From NCBI GenBank assembly GCA_051294375.1, contig CM119266.1, forward strand, positions 3,434,389-3,454,308: a DNA stretch of 19,920 bases, read 5' to 3'. Below are positions 10,578 through 19,920 of the stretch, in pieces. The stretch is from Paraspadella gotoi (taxonomy: Eukaryota > Animalia > Chaetognatha). A program made the position numbers and the translations under genes. Each line of letters opens with the position of its first letter. Position 1 is the first letter of the stretch. The notes under the pieces were generated by a model that was given only the letters and a program-made list of their open reading frames with translations, was not told the DNA's origin and did no database searches.

Positions 10578-11310
10578 AAGACAGGGTGGATAAAGAGCGG
10601 AATAATTTTTCAGCCGAAAGAATAATTTAAAGAGTATTCTAGTTTTTAGCCTATTGTGTTGAGAGATGAGTTTATTTGGGGCATATTTGGTAACATTTAA
10701 CTTAGAGAGAGAAAAGTAAAGAGCAGTACGTTGAAAAAAGATAAGTGAAAGAAAGAAGAGACAATGAGAAAGAAGAGAAAAGTAAAAAAAGAAAGGTGAA
10801 GAGAAAGAGAAAAAGAGAAAAGTAAAAAAAAATGATGAAGAGAAAGAGAAGAGAAAAGAAAAAAAAGAAAGGTGAAGAGAAAGAGAAGAAGAAGAAAGTA
10901 AAAAAAGAAAGGTGAAGAGAAACCCAGTAACAATGGAGCCGCCTTTGAATCCAGGTCTCAGGTCAATGATAAGGAGGCTCTATTTCTTTCTTTCTCTCTC
11001 TCTCTCTCTCTCTCTCTAAGCAGAACCGAGCATAAGAACGAAGGAGAAGATTATAATAATAGAAAAAAGGGAAAAAAATATAGGATAAGAGAGAAGAAGA
11101 GAAGAGAGAAGAAGAGAAGAGAGAAGAAGAGAAGAGAGAAGAAGAGAAGAGAGAAGAAGAGAAGAGAAAAGAAGAAAAGAGAGAAGAAGAGAAGAAGAGA
11201 AAAGAAGAAAAGAGAGAAGAAGAGAAGACAAGAAGAGAAGATTTTACCGAATGAGAAAAGAAAGAAGAAACGAGAAAGAAAAATAAAATGAAAATTAGAA
11301 AAACAAAAAA
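10190..11310. repeat. Extended polypurine low-complexity region including (GA)n tracts and a 15-bp GAGAAGAAGAGAAGA minisatellite (about 11090-11240)
   Basis: Directly visible; source of several spurious ORFs. Confidence 0.85.
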
Positions 11311-11482
11311 AAAAAGAAAATAGCACAATGGTATGTATAATCAATCAGATATATTTCAACAAAAAAGATATGATAAAAAAGTTGTTGCTTGAAACTAATT
11401 CCGGAGAATTGATAATGCATCAAACTTTGTTGCATAGTTTTTGTCGAATTTTGATTATAGCCCGATTTTGGTTAAGAGAATT

Positions 11483-11563
<81 letters not shown>

Positions 11564-11749
11564 CGTTGCTCTTCCAGAGTTGCCCCAGTGCAAGCCCGAT
11601 CAAGGTACGAAAAGAGAGAAAAGCTCAGGGTTCGACTCTTAATTCCTAATCGGGTTAATGGTTCTCGCGATCCTGGCCACATTGACTGGTAGACTAGGGA
11701 CGGGGGATAATTAAAAAGGGGCACTAATAATACCCCTTTTTATCGCTCT

Positions 11750-11781
<32 letters not shown>

Positions 11782-11900
11782 GTCTCTCTCTCTGTCTCTC
11801 TCTCTGTCTCTCTCTCTGTCTCTCTCTCTCTCTCTCTCTGTTCTCTCACTCTGTCTCTCTGTCTCTCTGTCTCTCTGGTCTCTCTCTCTCTCTCTTTCTC
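11483..11900. repeat. (GA)n tract and (TC)n/(TCTG) tract in inverted orientation flanking about 190 bp of unique sequence
   Basis: GA at about 11483-11558 and TC at about 11750-11900. Confidence 0.85.
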
Positions 11901-14900
11901 ATTTCGATCGATACTTTCATGCATAAATGCGGAGATCTTCGATCGAACTTCGAGCAAATGTTCGTAAAAAGCGGAAATTTCATTCTGAGATTTTTTTTAG
12001 TTAACTTTTTGCAGAATAAAAAAGATTGCACGGAAAGCAATAAAATAAATATCCAAATTACAACTAAAGTGGAGTAATTCGGCACATCTTTGTCTAGCCT
12101 ACTTAATTGTCCCGACTTATGTATAGACACAGGTGACTTAAAAATATATATGTCCATTGTACAATTAGTGTTTGATCGATTTCCGCGAAGTGCAAGACGG
12201 ATACCTTGTATCTTTTTAAAGTACAATTGTTGTTTCTCAAATTCATTAAATCATTTTTGAAAATCCTAATATTGTCAGAAGATTTTGAAGACCTCCCGTC
12301 ACATAACTCCCTTTACCCCTTACTGTATAAACGCCAATTTAATATCCAACATTACAGCATCCTAGTATTACAGTATCGACAGCATTTACCGGTTGTACTC
12401 GAACCAAAAGGCGGGATTGGCCAGATTGTCCAGGGAGGAGGGAGGCCAAGCCATCGCTGCGCCGTTCATCCTGAGTGAGAAGCGGTCGTCCGCTGCTCAA
12501 GTCAAAAACCAGTCGTCCCCTTCAAAAGTCAAAAGCGATAAAAGATGGAATTTTTTGGGAGAAATTGTATCGACTTTTTGTCATTGTTGACTTTCTGAAA
12601 TTTGAGTTTATTTTGAGTCAAGATCCGAGTCATTTTGCGTCTGGATTTGAATGAGAAACAATGGGAACCGAAAGCCCGTCCGAAAAATCTCCAGAGAAGG
12701 AATGAAATGGATTGGGTCAGGTCGGGGTAAGTTTCTCGGCCTAATGTGGGCGCGGCTTTTTACTTCCGGACGAAATTCGAAGGTTAAGACAATTTTTTTT
12801 CTTATCTTTTCTTTTCTTTTTGCTTCTCTTCACGCATTCAACCGTTGAGGGTTAAAGACGCCCAGCAAGTTTCCTCCATTATTTCCTTGGTCGTTCGCCG
12901 TCTCTGTCTCTTTCTCTCTCTTTCTCTCTCTCTCTCGGTGTCTCGCTCTCTGTCTCCGTCTCGTTTTCTTTTCGCTTTCGGTCTTCGTTTGTTCCCAGAA
13001 GATCGACGACGAAAACGCGTAAAAACGTCGCTATCGAGAAGAGAGATAGAGAGTGAGACGATGACAACGACTACGACGAAGACGATCCCGCGAAAGAATT
13101 ATGTCCTGGAGAAGCGAGTTTGTGTGTGACGGCGCGCAGTTGCGTGTGTGTGGGGGGAGGGGGCGTTGAAGGATGACAGCAACGACTTAACGCGGCAAAG
13201 GTAATTCGTCGGTGGAGGAATATTGTCTCCAAAAAAGAATTGTATTTGACCGGAAACTCGAACGCCAACGTGTTGACGTCAGCCGGGATTAGTAACCTAG
13301 AATAACGTCTCCCGATAACGTCGTCGGTGGCGCCCTCGCTTTTCCCTTTTTTAGCGTCGACCACCTTTCCGAATCCTGACCCTTTCCCGATCCTTTTTCG
13401 ATCCTTTGTCGACCCTTTTTTCTGCTCCTTTCCACTTTCGGTCCAAACTTTTCTCAGCAGTTTTGACTATTTTTTTTTTGGTGTCGAGTGAATAAAAAAA
13501 AAATTCTGATCAAATTCGAAAGGAATTTTTGGAACGATGATGATGATGACTAAGAGGATGACGATGACGACGACGACGATGACGACGAAAATGACGACGT
13601 CGTAAGTTCACGCGCTTTATTTTCTTATCGTCAACAGTGAAAAGAGAAAATGCAAATCGAAGAGTCGAAGAACTCCGTTTCACAATTTCACGTAATCACG
13701 AGAAAAAGTTCGAATATTTATTTTTTAACAACTTAATCCTTTTTTTATTCTTTTACCAATTTTTTTTCTTTTTATTTATTTTTCTTTCCACAAATTTTTT
13801 CTAGGCTGTTTTTTAATTCTTAATTTTTTATTTTTTTGAACTTTAAACTTTTTAACAGCGAAAAATGAATATCGAAGAATCTTGAGGAGAGAGAGAGAGA
13901 GAGAAATCCCGTCGTGAAAAATCCAAATCCGTGAAGAAAAGTGAGATTTCGATGAGCGAGATTTGATTTTTCAAATTTTTATTCCATGTTTTTTCTTCTT
14001 ACAATTTTTTTATAAATTCACGAAATCCAGAAATGCTTGTACACGATTTTGTTATTTGATTGACGGGAGTAACTTTTTAAGGGGGACTTTTTAACTTTTT
14101 AAGGGGACCTGTATTTTTGATCGAATTCCAAAATTAAATCCGTCCGTCCAGCGGGCGTAATAGGGGTTTGTCTTGAAACTCATGAAGATAAATTTCACGT
14201 CGTTTTTGAAATGTGAATGGGTTTTAGACACGTCGCAGGGTTAATGGCCGATGTCGCGAGTTATGACGTCAAAGTTTCAAGAAAGATAACGAGCGTTTCA
14301 CTAATCACGAGTTCACGAAATATTAATCACAAGATTTGTCTCCGATTTTTTTTCCTTTTTTTCTTCTTCTTCCTCATAAACATCACAATTAAAAGTTGGA
14401 ATCGGATTGGTCTTTGTTGATAAAATGGTTGTTATAGAAACGAAAAAAAATAGGACGTATCGGGTGGCCACAACAAAATTTTAAAAAAGGGGACTACGTT
14501 GCTAAGTCGGTCGTCGCAGATACAAAACGTTTCCTGTAAAAAAGTCAATTAGGTTAAAAAGAGTTAAAGGTTAACAATTAATTAACGATTAGTCAATGAA
14601 CCGAGCTTTAAATACATTGATTAAATATAAGTTTGGTGTAAGTTTGAATAAGTTTATGTAGGTGAAATCCACCCAAATTCTTTTTATTATCACACGTCGG
14701 AAGTGAGCAGCGAAGAAATAGTCCATCGAGGAAAATCCATGCGAATGTTTTGTATGTGTCTCTCTCTTTCGATCTGAATTGCACTTACTCTCTCGCTCTC
14801 TCTCTCCCTCACTACTTAGTTTATAGCGTAGAATCTTTCCGAGCCGAATCACTTCAACATTAAACCGAAAAAAAAGCGAAGAAAAAATCGAAAGGGAGAG

Positions 14901-14912
14901 TGAGAGCGAGTG

Positions 14913-14970
<58 letters not shown>

Positions 14971-15196
14971 GAAGAGACGATAACCCGAAACAGAGTGAGA
15001 GAGAGAAGCGGAAAACTCGCCACAAACTTTGCCTGATGAATCTCTCTCTATTTCTCCCTCTCTCTCTCTCTCTCTAGGCAAAGGCTGTTGAAGCGGCTGC
15101 TGCGCAGCCTCTGATGTTGATTGTTGCCCCAGCCGAGCCGCGACGGCCGCTGCAGCCACGGGGGGGACACGTTTTTCTAAGCCGGAACGCCGCTGT

Positions 15197-15239
<43 letters not shown>

Positions 15240-15429
15240 GATACAGTGAGAGTAGGAAAACCCGAAAAAGTTTTGGGAGGCCCGGAGGCTGAGGAGGAAG
15301 AAGAGGAGGAGGATATCTCGTGCAATAAACTATTGGGAGGGGGAAGAGGGAAGAGGAAGAGCGACGACCAACAACGACGAAGGAAGAAAGAAGAGAAGAG
15401 AAGAAATCGAGTAGAAAGTAATGAATGTC

Positions 15430-15474
<45 letters not shown>

Positions 15475-15637
15475 TGGCGAAGTGGAGGAGGTGGCGATGG
15501 CAGATTAGGGCGGACAATTGGAGTGGCCCTCTCTGATTGAGCCAGGAGAGGATCGTCCAGTTATGCCCGAAGATTTGATCAAAGGAAAAAAAATTTAAGG
15601 ACTTGATTGTTAACGGTTAGAAAGGGGGTGATTCTGT

Positions 15638-15674
15638 AGCGGTACTGGAGCGGTACTGGAGCGGTACTGGAGCG
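15638..15674. repeat. 11-bp tandem repeat (AGCGGTACTGG) x3
   Basis: Directly visible. Confidence 0.9.
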
Positions 15675-16078
15675 ATGCCGGTGCTATGCTGCCGTTATTA
15701 AAGGCTTAATTTAAAATAGAATAAAAGATATGTATATTTCTTCTGCCAAAAGCCAAAACATTTCGGAATTCACCAACATACTAAACCAATTTTAAATGAA
15801 CAAAAATACTAATCTAACAGCAAAAATATTCATCGATTAAAATTTGCAACTTACCTGAAATCCATATATTCGTTATTTAATAAATTTAATTTAAAAGACG
15901 CTGTCGAAAATTTTGATAACTACATCAATCGAAGACTGGAAATGTAAGAATGAAGCACAGAAAGGTGAGGCTTACGAAATCGATTTACCCCTGACGGCTG
16001 AGGCAAAGATTGAGGGAAAGAGTTTCACATTCGACCGAAGAGAGAATAGGGTAAGGTCATTATAGTCACCGAATATTC

Positions 16079-16081
<3 letters not shown>

Positions 16082-16169
<88 letters not shown>
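16082..16169. repeat. Long pure (GA)n microsatellite
   Basis: Directly visible. Confidence 0.97.
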
Positions 16170-16171
<2 letters not shown>

Positions 16172-17728
16172 AAATCAGACTGGGAATTTACGGTGGGTTT
16201 AGTTTTCAAAGACATCGAAAGCTCAGAAGATCTTTCGTTCGTTTCGTAGATTTTTATGCCAATTTTCGTGTACATGTGTTTTTTTCATTGAGTGTTTTTG
16301 CTGGAATAATTGCTGTTCATATTATTAATATTGAAAAGAAGTAATCGATAAAGATAACAAAGACACAACCTGAAATACGTCTATGAATATTGTACATCAT
16401 TTCCAAATGTTTAACAAATTGATTATTGACATCATTTAAAAGTCGATAATATTTTTTTTTAAATTATTATTTACTCAGCCAATGTCACATTGAATGTGTC
16501 AAGTTTGCTTAAGTGTAGAATGTAATAGAATGTAATAGAATGTATCTTGGCTGTATAAATGCACCAAAAATCTATACTTTCTACAGTTTGTATTTTAAAC
16601 AAAGATCTGTCAATAAAGCCAAAAGGTGCTCGATCCAAGTAAATAACCCAGATTTTCACGATATGTTTATTTTAAAGTCAAACCCGATGGACGAAGCGAT
16701 ATCCAGTGATTAAATCTTCCGGACTCTCGCCCGCCTCCAAAGAAAAACCTTGAATTCAACGCAATCTTTCTTTAAGCCGAATCTTTCTCCCCTTAAACCT
16801 CGTTTTAAGGGGATGGTCGTGAAATAATACACACGTCTATTTTGGTAAAGATCGGGTGTAGATTTTTTTTGTAGGCCACCAAGCAAAGCTTTTGCATTTG
16901 TCGGTCGGTTCCTCGGTCTCGGGGACTCGGGCATTTGTGTCGGTAAACCGCAAAACTCTATCGTATAAAAAGTTTTATTGTTGCATTCTTGAACGTTATA
17001 TTTTATTGTTTCTTATGAATTAATTCATAATATTTTAATTTTAATTAATGATTCAATTTTATTCTATTTTATTTTAAACGTTAGTTTTTTTTATTTTGTT
17101 GAATTTTAATAGTTTAATCTTTTCATGTTTTTCATAATGTTAATACTGTTTTTGGTATTAATAAAAAAAAATCCTTATTAACTAATGATTACGTATTAAA
17201 AGTTCTCTGTGTGATATATTCCGAATTGGTATATGAAAATTTAAGGGAAAACACGTGTAGCTGTATACTACACACAAAACAAAACAAAAAAAGATATAAA
17301 AAATTAGAAGAGTTAAATGTTTTTTTTAAAAATTTATACGGTTGTAGTTTTTTCTCAAAGTAAAAGGAGGAAATAATATAAAGAGAAAAAAAGCAGAAAT
17401 AGATTAAATCTAAGGTTTAAAAAATAGAGAAGAGAGAAGAGAAGAAAAAAGAAAAAGATGAGGTTGACTTTGTGTTTATTGGTTGTGAAATTAGTTGAGT
17501 CGAGGATAGAATAAATGGAGTAGATGAACTTTTTGGTAGAATCAATGGAGTTGCTCGGATTGAGGGGGAATATTGTATAAGCCAGATTAGTGGAGGGATG
17601 TAATAAGATTTGGAGTAAGTGGAAATGAAGATGGAAAAAGGGAAATCTCAAATTGAATTAGCGGAATTGTTGGCGGATTTGTGGAAGAAGTGAAGTTGTT
17701 TAAGGAATTGACCAAAGTTTGAGCCAAT

Positions 17729-17859
17729 TAATAGAGTCAGTGAAGCTCAATAATAATAGAGTCAATGAAGCTCAATAATAATAGAGTCAATGAAGCTCAA
17801 TAATAATAGAGTCAATGAAGCTCAATAATAATAGAGTCAATGAAGCTCAATAATAATAG
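17729..17859. repeat. 25-bp minisatellite (TAATAGAGTCAATGAAGCTCAATAA) x5
   Basis: GTCA(A/G)TGAAG recurs at 17736, 17761, 17786, 17811 and 17836 with no spacers. Confidence 0.95.
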
Positions 17860-17911
17860 CCATTTGGTTCTGCATTGGGTTGTTGTTCCGCGTTGTGTTT
17901 GCCCACGAGTT

Positions 17912-17953
17912 AACTGATGTGGGAACTGATGTGGGAACTGATGTGGGAACTGA
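17912..17953. repeat. 12-bp tandem repeat (AACTGATGTGGG) x3.5, each junction creating TGTGGGAA
   Basis: Directly visible. Confidence 0.92.
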
Positions 17954-18319
17954 CGTTGTGGCGCGTTTGCAGTCGAAGCGTCGGCGGTTGCGGCTTCCGT
18001 CTTTGATGGAGACCACGTCGTCGTTTTGTGGTTTTGTGGTTTTGTCAAAATACAAATACAAACTCGGGTTTGTAAAACCATTTCTCTTTAACAATGTCAC
18101 GGCTTGACGCCGATCGGCAGACCCTGTCTCACTGGAGGGGTCCCGCTCTCTCTCTCCATATCTCCATCTCTCGCTCTCTCTCTCTCTCTCTCGCATTATT
18201 GATCTCTCTCCGGTTTACTGTCACTCACATTTTTTATCTTTATCACCAACGGTATCAGAAATATTTTGTCCTTCTTTAATTCATTCATAAATACATACTA
18301 ACTTTGTTTTTAACACCAA

Positions 18320-18377
<58 letters not shown>

Positions 18378-18654
18378 CAAGCTTCCACTATATTCTTTCC
18401 TCTCTCTCTTTCCGCTCTGTCCTCAACGCGGCTTGATTTGCTATAAACAGCGCTTACTGTACACGTAGTACTTGAGAAACAAAAGAGAAGAGAAAGTGGT
18501 GGGGAATGAGGAGGAGGGGGAGGAGGAGGAGGAGGAGGAAAAGAAGTAGGAGGAGGAGGATGAAGAGGAAAATTAAGATGGAGAGGGCATGGGCCTCGTT
18601 TGTTGACGACGGGGGGTTGAAAAAAACGGACCGAGGACGGAAGGTGAAAGAAGG

Positions 18655-18862
18655 AGAGGGAAAAGGAAAAGGGAAGAGGAAGGGAAAGAGGAAGGGAAAG
18701 AGGAAGGGAAAAGAGGAAGGGAAAGAGAAGGGAAAGAGGAAGGGAAAGAGGAAAGGGAAAAGAGGAAAGAGGGAAAAGAGGAAGGGAAAGAGGAAGGGAA
18801 AGAGGAAGGGAAAGAGGAAGGGAAAGAGAAAGGGAAAGAGGAAGGGAAGAGGAAGGGAGGGA
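18655..18862. repeat. Polypurine 12-bp minisatellite (AAGAGGAAGGGA)n
   Basis: Directly visible; produces the KRKG repeats of ORF 18506..19357. Confidence 0.92.
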
Positions 18863-19099
18863 AGATCATTCCGGGAAGGAAACAGTCAATTCCTTTTTTT
18901 TTTCACTCAGATATATTTAAATAATTTGCGATGTTATCTCGGTATTTTAGTTTATATTTTAAAAACCTTAAAAAACATTACTTTTCCAATATTTTTTCTA
19001 TTCATTTCATTAACCATTAACCATTCATGTAAACATTCTCCATTCATCAATTCATTCATTCATTCATTCATCAATTCTTTTCCCGCATCATTCAGTCGT

Positions 19100-19308
19100 C
19101 ATTCATTAATTCATTCACTTCTTCCATCTTTGATTCATCAATTCATTTCCTCATTCGTCTTTCATTCATTAATTCATTCACTACTTCCATCTTTGATTCA
19201 TCAATTCATTTCCTCGTTCGTCTTTCATTCATTAATTCATTCACTTCTTCCATCTTTGATTCATCAATTCATTTCCTCGTTCGTCTTTCATTCATTAATT
19301 CATTCACT
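19100..19308. repeat. 63-bp TTCA-rich minisatellite, about 3.3 copies
   Basis: The unit CATTCATTAATTCATTCACT.CTTCCATCTTTGATTCATCAATTCATTTCCTC.TTCGTCTTT recurs at about 19100, 19163, 19226 and partially at 19289. Confidence 0.93.
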
Positions 19309-19421
19309 CATATCTTTTATCGCAGACGAAGAAGATGCCTCAGTTTTTTTCCTTTGAAGTTCGAATTTTTACGGTCGTCGGTTTTTTAAGATTAGAGAGA
19401 GAGATAAAAGATAAAATTCGG

Positions 19422-19423
<2 letters not shown>

Positions 19424-19464
<41 letters not shown>

Positions 19465-19710
19465 CTCTCTTCTCTCTCTCTCTCTCTCTCTTCTCTCTCG
19501 TTTCCGTCTCTTTCTTCCTTCTTAAATACCTTTTCTTCGGTTTTCTTCTCAATCATCGCCAATTTTCTTTTCTCTTCTCTTCTCTTCTTTTTCTTTTTTT
19601 CTTTCTTCTTCTTTCTTTCTTTTCTTTCTTTCTTTCTTATTCTATTCTTTCTTTCTTTTCTTTCTTTCTTTCTTTCTTCTTTCTTTCTTTCTTTCTCATC
19701 TCTCTCTCTC
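19424..19710. repeat. (TC)n and (TTTC)n low-complexity tracts
   Basis: Directly visible. Confidence 0.9.
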
Positions 19711-19920
19711 ATTTCCGTTCTCCGCATTCAAGCCAATCCCCAACCCGAAAGCAATAAACTTCATTGCTGTTTACGTTTACAATAATTGTAAACTCATGGA
19801 TGAAGGAAAAACAACGGGAATAAAGGAACTCAGGCGAAGCAGTTAAAATGATAGAGAGAGAGAGAGAGAAAGAGAGAGAGACAGAGAAAGAGAGTGTAGA
19901 GAGAGTGAGAGAGAGTGAGA

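Noticed and set aside
13359-14469. Autoregulatory Gli sites (GACCACCTT at 13359; GGCCACCCG on the minus strand at 14469-14461)
   Set aside because: Each has two mismatches to GACCACCCA and they are not clustered; expected by chance.
15075-15170. Possible upstream ci exon (AAAAVAARLGQQSTSEAAQQPLQQPLP on the minus strand)
   Set aside because: Composition is suggestive, but it runs into a GA repeat without a convincing phase-2 donor.
9122-16275. Many ERERER / SLSLSL / FFSLL ORFs
   Set aside because: Stop-free frames of GA/TC microsatellites.
17729-17859. CRISPR-like appearance of the 25-bp repeats
   Set aside because: No unique spacers, eukaryotic context and no cas genes.
18506-19357. 283-aa ORF rich in K/R/G and HSLI repeats
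   Set aside because: It is entirely a translation of polypurine and 63-bp minisatellites, with no domain or splice support.

Overview
Animal (arthropod-like, probably crustacean) genomic DNA: AT-rich, dense in (GA)n/(TC)n microsatellites, with two assembly gaps. The only well-supported gene is a minus-strand cubitus interruptus / Gli C2H2 zinc-finger transcription factor of the Hedgehog pathway. Six coding exons between 5348 and about 399 join in frame at GT-AG junctions (about 648 codons). They encode the N-terminal regulatory region with the SYGHL Sufu-binding motif, poly-Ala tracts, all five zinc fingers and the KKHK basic motif. The gene continues off the left edge and its 5' end was not identified. 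The stretch 5349-19920 appears to be a long non-coding upstream intron or regulatory region. Extras worth a look are a tRNA-derived SINE-like insert with an unusually structured body (1423-1655), a consensus TTTCAG|GTAAGT site at about 15855 (recursive splice point or tiny first coding exon), and a candidate Su(H)/Runx/TCF enhancer at about 17900-18100. I found no convincing evidence of a wholly new biological system. Nearly all other ORFs in the track are microsatellite or N-gap artefacts.
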